From Octopus vulgaris (taxonomy: Eukaryota): a stretch of 64,000 nt of DNA. Position 1 is the first letter of the stretch. Each line of letters begins with the position of its first letter. The position numbers and the translations under genes are program-made. Shown here one piece after another: positions 51,889-62,907 of the stretch. The notes under the pieces are model-generated. The model had not been told where the DNA came from. It worked only from the letters and a program-made list of their open reading frames with translations, and did not search any database. Location: positions 4,154,001-4,218,000 of the forward strand of contig OX597815.1 of assembly GCA_951406725.2 (NCBI GenBank). Direction: 5' to 3'.

Positions 51889-52004
51889 TTACCCCCCACC
51901 AAGGAGGTTATGTTTGGGAAATTGGGTGATTTTCAGCATGCGTGTATATGGGTGGAAATGAGCTGCTTGGCGGAGGTCTGCGCTCTCTGAGTGCTTTTCT
52001 AGTT
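51889..52004 (+). mobile_element. Miniature (~115 bp) HINE/DINE-1-like element
   Basis: accccccaccaag ... cttggcggaggt subTIR pair and 3' hairpin gcgctc-tct-gagtgc ending ctagtt. Confidence 0.7.
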
Positions 52005-52174
52005 TCTTTTTGTTTTTCTTTTCTTGTTGTGGTTATTGTTGTTCTAGTTCTTTCTGTTGTTTTTATATTTGGTCCCCTTTTTATTGTTGCTGTTATTTTT
52101 TTTCTTCTTCGCATTTCTCATTTTCCATAACCCGGTATTATTATTATTATTATTATCATCATCATCATCATCTC

Positions 52175-53450
52175 CTCCTCTTTATCACAGGTTTTGTTGG
52201 AACTCCTGGAGTCTTGCATATTCAGTGAGTTTACTACCTACAGCCTACAGTATCATGCTATCCATTCTTTTTAGCTCTCTGATACTTTCCTGATTATTCT
52301 GGCCGTGCCAAGGAAGCAAACCTTTTGCAACAGTTCTACTGGGCACTCTATTCCAATTTCCTTTATATTCCCCTTGATGCCTTCTGATACTGTCCCCAAG
52401 GACCCAACAATAATTGGCACTATCTTCACATTCTTCATTTTCCATAGCTCAGTATAGTTATTATTATTATTATTATTATCATTATTATCATTATTATTAT
52501 TATCATTGCCTTTGCACAGCTTCTAACACTGGAGATGTTCTACAGTGTCAGCTGTTCACTACTGTTCCCAAGGACCCAAGGACCCAACAATAACTGGCAC
52601 TATCTTCATCTTCTTCATTTTCCATAGCTGGGCTCTTTTGTACTTAAGATGGTTATATCTGTCTATCTTTTCGCCTTCCTTCTTGACCATTCGTGGGTCA
52701 AAGGGGCATGCAGCATCAACCATATAGCACATGTGGTGCATCTTGTTGACCACCACTAGGTCCAGTCTGTTATGCTCTAGCACCTGATCTGTTTGGATTG
52801 GGAAATCCCTGAGAATTTTGTGAGTCTCTGACATGTTTACTGGCCTTGCTTCAAGAACGCTGCAAAGAATTCTTGCAGTTCCAAGCAGTGCTCATTTTTG
52901 TAGGTGTTCTACCTTCACACTTGCACCAATCTTTTTCAGCCATGTTGGTAGTTGAGTGCTGGTACTTCCAAATGCACCAATTACTATTGGTATCACATCT
53001 ACTCTCCTCATTGACCACCAACCTTCGTATTTCCCTCTTAAAATTATCATAAGTGTTTATTTTCCATTCTTTCTCTTTGATCCTGTTGCCATCAGGCCAT
53101 GCTATGTTAATTATCATAAATGTTCTTTCCCTTTTTATTCACCACAACAATGTCCAGTTTCCGATGTCTGGTCGGGTGATGGCATTGGATCATTGCATCC
53201 CACAAGATTTTGCAATCCTCCTTCTTGGTGACTCCTTCTGGAGTTTGCTCATACCATGTCTTTGCTCTTTGAAGGCCGTGATCTCCACAGAGCTCCCAAT
53301 GGATCATTCTTACCACATTGTCCTGGCATCTCTTGTATTTGCATTGTACCCCTTTCAGGCATTCGCTAACAAAGTGCCGTACCGTTTCGTCCTTCCCACC
53401 ACCCATTCTGCATTTCTCTCTCAGAACTGTTATCTACACTGCACTTCCCA
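52175..53450 (-). pseudogene. Cluster of three R4/Dong-like LINE 3' fragments (zinc knuckle and RLE domain)
   Basis: ETVRHFVSEC...IHWELC...KILWDAMIQ...HRKLDIVVVNK; KILRDFPIQTDQVLEHNRLDLVVVNK...VDAACPFD...EKIDRYNHLK...VPVIVGSLG; VPIIVGSLGTV...LGTARIIRKV. Confidence 0.9.
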
Positions 53451-53509
53451 TAGTCTGTTATTGTTATTGTTGTTGTTGTTGTTGTTGTTGTTATCATTAT
53501 TATTATTCT

Positions 53510-54280
53510 GGCGGAATCGTTAGAACAGCGGGCAAAATGCTTAGCGGTATTTCGTCTGCCATTACGTTCTGAGTTCAAACTCTGCCAAGGTTAACTTTGC
53601 CTTTCATCATTTCGGGGTCGATTAAATAAGTACCAGTTATGCACTGGGGTCGATGTAATTGACTTAATCCGTTTGACTGTCCCTGTTTGTCCTCTCTGTG
53701 TTTAGCCCCTTGTGGGTAGTAAAGAAATAGGTATTTCATCTGCCGCTACGTTCTGAGTTCAAATTCTACCGAGGTCGACTTTGCCTTTTATCCTTTCGAG
53801 GTTGATAAATTAAGTACCAGTGATGCACTGGGGTCAATGTAATCGACTTAATCGTTTGTCTGTCCTTTGTCCCTTCTGTGTTTAGCCCCTTGTGGGTAGT
53901 AAAGGAAAAGGTATTTCCTCTGTCTTTACGTTCTGAGTTCAAATTCCGCCGAGGTCGACTTTGCCTTTCATCCTTTCAGGGTCGATAAATTAAGTACCAG
54001 TTATGCACTGGGGTCGATATAATCGACTTAATCCGTTTGACTGTCCTTGTTTGTCCTCTCTGTGTTTAGCCCCTTGTGGGTAGTAAAGAAATAGGTATTT
54101 CATCTGCCGCTACGTTCTGAGTTCAAATTCTACCGAGGTCGACTTTGCCTTTTATCCTTTCGGGGTCGATAAATTAAGTACCAGTTATGCACTGGGGTCG
54201 ATGTAATCGACTTAATCCCTTTGTCTGTGCTTGTTTGTCCCCTCTATGTTTAGCCCCCTGTGGGCAATAAAGAAATAATT
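53510..54280 (+). repeat. SINE family 2 with four tandem ~184-bp units
   Basis: ggtatttc unit starts at ~53546, 53730, 53910 and 54094. Confidence 0.9.
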
Positions 54281-55205
54281 TTTATCATTCTCCCTCTCTC
54301 ATCTTCCTCTCTTCCTTGTGTGGTTCTTCTCCTGATTCTTCTTGCAGTTGTCTCCCCTTGCTCTGATTACTTTTTCTCCTCATCCCCACTCCCACCCTTA
54401 CTCTTTTTATTGCACCTCTCTTTGTTTTCCTTCCACTTCTTACCTCCTCCTCCTCCTCCTCCTCCTCAGCTGTTTTTTTGTGTCTGGTTGTGTTGTTGCT
54501 GTTGTTGTGATTCTATTGCTGACATTCTTGTGTAATGCATGTGTTGTTGATGCTACTATAATCATGGCTTTGTGCTCCACCACCACCACCACTACTACTA
54601 CTACTACTACCACCACCACCACCACTACTATCACCACCACCACTACTACTACTACAGTTAGTTCTGGTACCATCATCATTGTCTGTAGTAGTAGTAGTAG
54701 TAATGAAGGTGTCAGCTGTAGTAGTGTGTGTACTGGGCATTAAACTTTGTACTGTGATCATCATCATCATCATCATCGTTTATTGTTAGTAACAAACAAT
54801 CTTAGTAGTAGAGACAGTTGTTGGTAGGTTTAGTTGTCATCATCAGCATCATTATCATGGTGGTGGTGGTGGTGGTGGTGATGAAAATAGTGATGTAGTA
54901 GTAGTGATAGTGGTGGTGGTAGTAGTGGTGGTGGTGGTGGTAGTGACGGTGGTGGTGGCGGCAGCAGTGGTGGTGATAGTGGTAGTAGTGATGGTGGTGG
55001 TAGTGGTGGTGGTAGTGGTGGCGTTGGCAGCTGTGGTGGTGGTGATGGTGGTAGTGGTGAAGGTGGTGGTAGTGGTAGTGGTGGTGGGGGTGGTGGTGGA
55101 GGTGGTGTATTGTCATTAACAGTGACTGAGTGCTCTTGTTTCCCCTTCACAATTGTGTAATTCTCCATGGCTCCTCCTTGCTGCTCTATATTTTAACTTC
55201 TTTAC

Positions 55206-55239
<34 letters not shown>

Positions 55240-55321
55240 CCACACATACACACACACGGTCACACACACACACAGAGCCACACATACAGTTCTATACAAA
55301 TCTATGTCTCTTTCTCAGTAT

Positions 55322-55507
55322 ATACGAGGGAATGCTGAAAAGTTCCTCGCTTTAAGGGTATCGCAAAAACCCCTCCTCGGACTTTTCCAGGGCTTAGAAC
55401 AACCGAAGGACTGCTGCAAAAAGAGAGAGAATCTGAAATGGAAACAACTCACTGATCCCCCAATATTTTCTTTCATCCAAAGCCAGGAACCCTCTCGTGC
55501 ACTCATA
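55322..55507. mobile_element. Mariner-type MITE
   Basis: TA-cgagggaatgctgaaaagttcctcgcttt ... aaagccaggaac...actcata degenerate TIR pair. Confidence 0.65.
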
Positions 55508-55555
55508 GACAAAAATATAGAATAGACACACATACCTACACCCCAGCATCCTCCC

Positions 55556-55960
55556 TCTTTTATTCTTTTACTTGTTTCAGTCATTTGACTGCGGCCATGC
55601 TGGAGCACCGCCTTTAATCGAGCAATTCGACCCCGGGACTTATTCTTTGTAAGCCCAGTACTTATTCTATCGGTCTCTTTTTGCCGAACCGCTAAGTGAT
55701 GGGGACATAAACACACCAGCATCGGTTGTCAAGCAATGCTAGGAGGACAAATACACACACACACACACACACGCACATATATATATATATATATATATAC
55801 ATATATACGACTGGCTTCTTTCAGTTTCCGTCTACCAAATCTACTCACAAGGCTTTGGTCGGCCCGAGGCTATAGTAGAAGACACTTGCCCAAGGTGCCA
55901 CGCAGTGGGACTGAACCCAGAACCATGTGGTTGGTAAACAAGCTACTTACCACACAGCCA
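55556..55960 (-). mobile_element. Family-1 SINE
   Basis: Near-consensus reverse complement. Confidence 0.9.
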
Positions 55961-56668
55961 ATATCTTCATCATCATCATCGTCATCGTTGTTTCACATCC
56001 ATTTGCCATGCTGGCATGGGTTTGACTGGATGGTTTGACAGAGGACTGGCAAGTTGGAAGACTGCACCAGATTCCACTCAGATTTAGCATGGTTTCTACA
56101 GCTGGATGCCCTTCCTAATGCCAATCACTCTGAGTCAGGTGGCAGTGGCATCAACCACATTCAAACAGTGCTTTTTCTATCCCACTGGCACAACACCAGT
56201 CACGTGACACTGGCAACGACCACGCTCAAACAGTGCTTTTTACATGCCACCGGCACGGGAGCCAATCAGGTGGTACTGGCATCAACCATGCTCGAAAGGT
56301 GTGTTTTACATGCCACTGGCACGGGAGCCAGTTAAGTGGCACTGGCATCGACCGTACTCGTTCCACTGGCACAGGTGCCAGTCAGTAGCTCATATAAGAA
56401 CTACTGAGAAAAAAACCACTCTAAGTATTACAGAAGTAATATATGTTTTAGGAAGTTAAAAGTTACGACTGGCGGCCAGAGCCTTTAACTTCTTAGAAAA
56501 TATATATACAGGGTGCGGTGAATATACTGTTGTGTAAATTACGCAAAAATAAAAATAATACTCACATCTCTATTTAACAGATATATTTATCAAAATTACA
56601 TAAAAATATCTTGAATTACTAAACAGCAAATTTATTTAATAAAATCACCATATGATATATATATGTAT

Positions 56669-56754
<86 letters not shown>

Positions 56755-56756
56755 AA

Positions 56757-57082
56757 AGGCTCAGTGGTTAGAACATCAAGCTTGTGACCATGAGGTTATG
56801 AGTTCGAATCCCGTACCGGGCTGCATGTTGTGTTCTTGAGCAAGACACTTTATTTCATGTTGCTCCAGTTCACTCAGCTGTAGAAATGAGTTGCGACGTC
56901 ACTGGTGCCAAGCTGTATCGGCCTATGCCTTTCCCTTGGATAACACTGGCGGCATGGAGAGAGGAGGCCGGTATGCATGGACGACTACTGGCCTTCCATA
57001 AAAACAACCTTGCCCAGACTTGTGTCTAGGAGGGTAACTTTCTAGGTGCAATCCCATGGTCATTCGTGAAAGAAGGGAGTCT
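56757..57082 (+). mobile_element. tRNA-derived CORE-like SINE, family 4
   Basis: ggctcagtggttagaac...gagttcgaatccc (A/B boxes), then gtgttcttgagcaagacacttt...ctcagctgtagaaatgagt. Confidence 0.8.
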
Positions 57083-57103
57083 CAATATATTTATAACTAT
57101 GTG

Positions 57104-57141
<38 letters not shown>

Positions 57142-57917
57142 CTATATATATAGATATATATATATACACACACATATATTTGGTCGTTGCCAGCCTGGCC
57201 TGGCTCCTGTGCCGGTGGCACGTAAAAAGCACCATCCGATTGTGGCCGTTTGCCAGACTCGTCTAGCACGTAAAAAGCACCCACTACACTCACAGAGTGG
57301 TTGGCGTTAGGAAGGGCATCCATCCGTAGAAACATTGCCAAATCAGACTGGGCCTGGTGCAGCCTTCTGGCTTCCCAGACCCCAGTTGAACCGTCCAACC
57401 CATGCTAGCATGGAAAGCGGACGCTAAACGATGATGATGATATATTTATATTTATATATACACACATATGCCTACGTGTTTGTTTTCCAAGATTTCTGAT
57501 ATGAAATTATTTGTTGAAGCAACAATTGATAACAATATTGGGAAGGTCAGTTCCTTTCTTCTTTTTGGGCCAGACATATTCGTTCGTTACTTCAGATATA
57601 TTTTATAATTGTTCTTATTGTATGTCCTGTTCTCAGGAGGAGACACTTGGTATGAAAAGGCCCTGAAGTGGTCACAGGATGTGTGTCAAAAGATTCCCAG
57701 AATGGGACACAAAATAATAATAATAATGATGATAATAAAAGAAGTCTCAAGTGAAAAACACTCCTTGGCTTCCTTTTGCAGAGTCCAAGAGTCCATTTAT
57801 TTGCAAACACTCAAACCAGAGTTCAAATGTGAGTGCATTGTCTTACTCACACCATCACTCACACTTTCCTCACTCCTCCACTCATCAGTCATCATCCTCG
57901 TCATGTCCACCCGCCCT

Positions 57918-58300
57918 GAAGGCGCAATGGCCCAGTGGTTAGGGCAGCGGACTCGTGGTCATAGGATCGCGGTTTCGATTCCCAGACCGGGCGTTGTGAG
58001 TGTTTATTGAGCGAAAACACCTAAAAGCTCCACGAGGCTCCGGCAGGGGGTGGTGGTGATCCCTGCTGTACTCTTTCACCACAACTTTCTCTCACTCTTA
58101 CTTCCTGTTTCTGTTGTACCTGTATTTCAAAGGCCTGGCCTTGTCACTCTCTGTGTCACGCTGAATCTCCCCGAGAACTACGTTAAGGGTACACGTGTCT
58201 GTGGAGTGCTCAGCCACTTGCACGTTAATTTCACGAGCAAGCTGTTCCGTTGATTCGGATCAACCGGAACCCTCGTCGTCGTAACCGACGGAGTGCTTCC
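57918..58300 (+). mobile_element. SINE family 3, full length
   Basis: ggcgcaatggcccagtggttagggcagcggactcg...gtttcgattccc head and tail ...gtaaccgacggagtgc. Confidence 0.9.
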
Positions 58301-58660
58301 ATGTCCATCCGCCCACCCTTCCGTACACCAAATCCTTCTTCCCTAAAATCGTTTACCTCGTATCTTTTGCTTGGTTCGGTCATTTGACTGTGGCCATGCT
58401 GGGGCACCATTTTGAAGTGTTTTAATTGTACAAATTGACCCAAGGGTTTACTTTTTAAAGCCCAGCACTTATTCTGTTGGTCTCTTTTGCTGAACCATGA
58501 AATTACGGGGATGTAAACACACCAGCACTGGTTGTCATGTGATGGGGTGGGATCAACATGGACAGTGGACAGAAATACAAACACACAGATATATATATAT
58601 ATTTATGTATACGTAATTACGATGGGTTTCTTTCAATTTCCATCTACCAAATTCACTCAC

Positions 58661-59564
58661 AAGGTGGAAAAAAGAGTACTCAAATACCAGAGGTAGAGTA
58701 ATATGCTTTATTGAAAAGAAGCAGAAATATAACAAAAGCTGTTACTCAGAGTTTCACGTTCCTGTTCATCAGACAGTTTTGTTACAATAGAGCAGAAATA
58801 ACGATATAATCAAAGCTAGTTGAAGGATACACCTTTGAAAACTGGATTTGTTTCGCTGGTCCTTTCAGCTAATGGTCTTAAGCATGCAATGAACAAAATA
58901 AATGAAAATCAAAATAAATTCATCCTTTTGTAAAGTCGAAGAAAACCTCAAATGGAAGAATAAATTCAAAATACATATTGTAAATAATTATGCACGAAAT
59001 AGAAGTCAATTAATACATTAAAATTAAGATTAAAATGTTCACGCCACATTACATGAATATTTTACAACAGTATACACGCATACTGGACCATCTATACATA
59101 TACATATATACATCAAAATATACACAGATGCATGCACATAGTTACATACATATACAGGCATATATATATGTAAGACATGTGGCGTGAACATTTTAATCTT
59201 AATTTTAATGTATTAATTGACTTATTTTTCGTGTATAATTATTTACAATATGTATTTTGAATTTATTCTTCCATTTGAGGTTTTCTTCGACTTTACAAAA
59301 GGATGAATTTATTTTGATTTTCATTTATTTTGTTCATTGCATGCTTAAGACCATTAGCTGAAAGGACCAGTGAAACAAATCCAGTTTTCAAAGGTGTATC
59401 CTTAAACTAGCTTTGATTATATCGTTATTTCTGCTCCATTGTAACAAAACTGTCTGATGAACAGGAACACGAAACTGAGTAACAGCTTTTGTTATATTTC
59501 TGCTGCTTTTCAATAAAGCATATTACTCTACCTCTGGTATTTGAGTACTCTTTTTTCCCACCTT
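58661..59564. mobile_element. Fold-back element: ~390-bp inverted arms (58661-59049 / 59177-59564), each with a hammerhead motif; Penelope pLTR-like
   Basis: The arms are reverse complements with few mismatches and a ~127-bp spacer. Confidence 0.9.
58739..58776 (-). ncRNA. Minimal type I hammerhead ribozyme, family C (intact core)
   Basis: Minus strand ctgt-CTGATGA-ac-aggaac-gt-GAAA-ctc-t-gag-TA-acag: all core nucleotides present, GUA cleavage triplet. Mirror copy at 59450-59485(+). Confidence 0.8.
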
Positions 59565-59601
59565 ATTTCACATTTATGTGCATACTCTGGTATATATATA
59601 T

Positions 59602-59996
59602 ACTAGCAGTATCACCCGGCGTTGCTCGGGTTTGTAAGGGGAATAACTATATAAGCATTTTTAGAGAGTTATAGCCAAAAAATAGCAAAAAAATGCATTA
59701 AAAATCGAAAAAAAACGATGGTAATTTTTTTTAAAATTCGTTGACTCATCGTAGACATTTTTAGAGGGTTACTTCCCTTATATAATAGCGAAAAAAATGC
59801 ATTAAAATGGAAAAAATTATGGTAATTTTTTTTTAAATCGTAGACTCATCGTAGACACGCGCTAATACCCAGAAGGGCTCGATATGAAACACGACTATAA
59901 GATACCTGGTTTTGGTTAAACTGCACCGCAAAATGTGGGAGTAGTTAGGAATATAAATCGTAGGAGACAGACACACAACCTTACTTTTATATATAA

Positions 59997-59999
<3 letters not shown>
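59602..59999 (-). mobile_element. Non-autonomous Helitron in (TA)n
   Basis: Minus strand starts TC-tttatatataaaagtaaggttgtgtgtctgtc and ends with hairpin cccgagcaacgccggg followed by CTAG-T. Confidence 0.75.
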
Positions 60000-60033
<34 letters not shown>

Positions 60034-60384
60034 CACCATGAGGACCGGCATGGTGCAAAACCAGTCATAACACTGGCAGATTTAAAACGTGACGGATTTA
60101 GAATTTTCACCAGTGACTCATGCAGAAGAAGGGTGAGGCCCTTGGGCCAGAACCCGATACCATGGTATATAAGTATCTGAATGGCATATTCTTTAAAGGT
60201 ATGCTTTTTTAATGCCTTAATTCCTTATCCGTTTCCTCACCTACTGCTGTTTTTCTGTTATTCAGTGCCTTCTGCTGGTTGAATTAGGAATTTAGCTCCT
60301 ATTTCTAAACAGGTCGATACTTTTACCGCATCCTCATGCCTTGTGCTAACTTTAAATGATGTATATATATACTCTCATAGATAT

Positions 60385-60998
60385 GACTGCACTGGTATGG
60401 TCTTGTGATGTGTATGGATGAGGTGAGCTGTGTGAAGAAGTGTCACACTCTAACAGAGGAGGGAACCTGTGGAAGAGGTAGACCCAAGAAGACATAGGAT
60501 GAGGTGGTGGAGCACGACCTTCAAACGTTGGGCCTCACGGAGGCAATGACTAGTGACCGAGACCTTTGGAGATGTGCCATGCTTGAGAAGACTTGTCGAA
60601 CCACATGAGATCATAGTCATCACCGATGCCAGCGTCACATGGCTGGCACCCATTACCAGTGACACATAAAAAGAACTGTTCAGACGTTGAGCCTGACGGA
60701 GGCAGTGACAAGTAATTCAGTCCTTTGGTGATAAGCTGCGCTTGAGAAGACCTGTCACACCAAGTGACATCATAGTCGTGACCGATGCCAGCGGTGTGTA
60801 ACTGGAATCCATGCTGGTGTAATGTCAAAAGCACCTGCTACACTCTCGGAGTGGTTGGCATTAGGAAGGGCATCTAACCAAAGAAACCATGCCAAATCAG
60901 ACTGGAGTCTGATGCAGCTACCCAGCGTGCCACTTTTCAGTCAAACCATCCAACCCATGCCAGCATGGAAAGCGGATGTTAAATCGTGATGATGATGA
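60385..60998 (+). mobile_element. RTE-LINE 3' portion
   Basis: LHWYGLVMCMDE...EGTCGRGRPKKT*DEVVEHDL, then UTR and (ATG)n. Confidence 0.85.
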
Positions 60999-61010
60999 TC
61001 TCTCTCTCTG

Positions 61011-61135
<125 letters not shown>

Positions 61136-62219
61136 GAAAGAAGGTTTGAAAATGCAATTTAAAAGATGTTTATTTACTTTACCGGTTTCACTCTTTGGAA
61201 AAGATTGTCAAAAGTAACATGTGGAAGTTTGGTTGCATTAATTATTGGTTGTTTCAAATTGCTACATTACATGTATACAGTCTTTGGTAACAGGGACATG
61301 TTAAGGACATAAAAAAGTTCAACAAGTTCCTTAAAATATTGGGTACAAAAGATTACATAAATAATCGTTCTCAAGGACATACTGAAGATAGTTTCCAGAA
61401 GGAATTGATATTGGTATTGTATCTGTATATTCAAACATGCACAGAATATTGGTTGACACAGAGTACTATAATCCATATAAATATACATTCTTTGGTGACA
61501 AGAGTATGTTGAGAATATAAAAAAGTTTAACAAGCTCATTGAAATAATGGGCAGAAAAGATTAAAACAAATATATTATACATCTCAAGGTAATTTCCAGG
61601 AGGAATTATTAAAAAAAGTTCAGTATACACATACAGAATATTATGAGTTCAAAAAGATTTACATTATAATAGTGGTGAAGTTAAAACTAACCTGTCTGAT
61701 TTGGCATGGTTTCTTTGGTTTGATGCCCTTCCTAATGCCAACCAAACGGACAGGTTAGTTTTAACTTCACCACTATTATAATGTAAATCTTTTTGAACTC
61801 ATAATATTCTGTATGTGTATACTGAACTTTTTTTAATAATTCCTCCTTGTTAAACTTTTTTATATTCTCAACATACTCTTGTCACCAAAGAATGTACATT
61901 TATATGGATTGTAGTACTCTGTGTCAACCAATATTCTGTGCATGTTTGAATATACAGATACAATACCAATATCAATTCCTTCTGGAAACTATCTTCAGTA
62001 TGTCCTTGAGAACGATTATTTATGTAGTAATCTTTTGTACCCAATATTTTAAGGAACTTGTTGAACTTTTTTATGTCCTTAACATGTCCCTGTTACCAAA
62101 GACTGTATATATGTAATGTAGCAATTTGAAACAACCAATAATTAACGCAACCAAACTTCCACATGTTACTTTTGACATCTTTTAAACATCTTTTAAATTG
62201 CATTTTCAAACCTTCTTTC
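61136..62219. mobile_element. Fold-back element with long inverted arms (61136-61698, ~560 bp / 61746-62219, ~470 bp) between (TA)n tracts
   Basis: The arms are reverse complements; the ORF track shows near-identical peptides at 61267-61539(-) and 61847-62116(+). The right arm has two deletions. Confidence 0.9.
61174..61217 (-). ncRNA. Minimal hammerhead motif with U3-A8 core, family D
   Basis: ttactt-TTGACAA-tcttt-tcc-aaaga-gt-GAAA-ccgg-TA-aagtaa. Confidence 0.6.
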
Positions 62220-62261
62220 GTATATAATTCCACTCATGCGGTACCCCACAACTCCACTTTG

Positions 62262-62304
<43 letters not shown>

Positions 62305-62339
62305 TAAGAAAGTTGGTTTGTGAAAGCACGTGGTTGAAT

Positions 62340-62625
62340 ATATAGAAAATAGTAAAAGTGAAAAAACTACAGAAGGCTTAAATGTTAAAAAATATATATT
62401 TGCGTCAATATGTCTGAAGAACATTAAAAACATTTTTTTCTCTTATAATGACATACTTTTGAAATATTTCGTAAGAAATTTGAAAAGCTAAATGCGAAAC
62501 CGGTCTTTCTTCAAAACTATGTCATTATAAGAGAAAAAAATTTTTTAATATTCTTCAGACATATTGACGCAAATATATATTTTTTAACATTTAAGCCTTC
62601 TGTAGTTTTTTCACTTTTCACTATT

Positions 62626-62632
<7 letters not shown>
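62340..62632. mobile_element. Fold-back element with ~120-bp arms between (TA)n tracts
   Basis: 62340-62462 is the reverse complement of 62511-62632. Confidence 0.9.
62473..62511 (+). ncRNA. Minimal hammerhead motif with U3-A8 core, family E, in the hairpin loop
   Basis: aagaaa-t-TTGAAAA-gc-taaat-gc-GAAA-ccgg-TC-tttctt, with a GUC cleavage triplet. Confidence 0.65.
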
Positions 62633-62668
<36 letters not shown>

Positions 62669-62876
62669 GATTGACTTGATTAAATTAAATTTAATTTAAT
62701 TAGGCTGGTTTGCCATAAAGTACGTCGAAACAATGCATTGTCCAAAGATAAATAGGGTAAATGTTTTTTAATTTTCCTTTGATTTCTGAATTACTACTAT
62801 TTAGCGGTTTGAGTCTTGGCTGCTCTTTCTAGTGGGTCGAATGGCCTATCGGGGCCGTTCCTCAATATTGTTGAAA

Positions 62877-62907
<31 letters not shown>

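Noticed and set aside
61267-62116. Two near-identical ~90-aa ORFs on opposite strands
   Set aside because: They are a by-product of the inverted repeat and have no recognisable domain.
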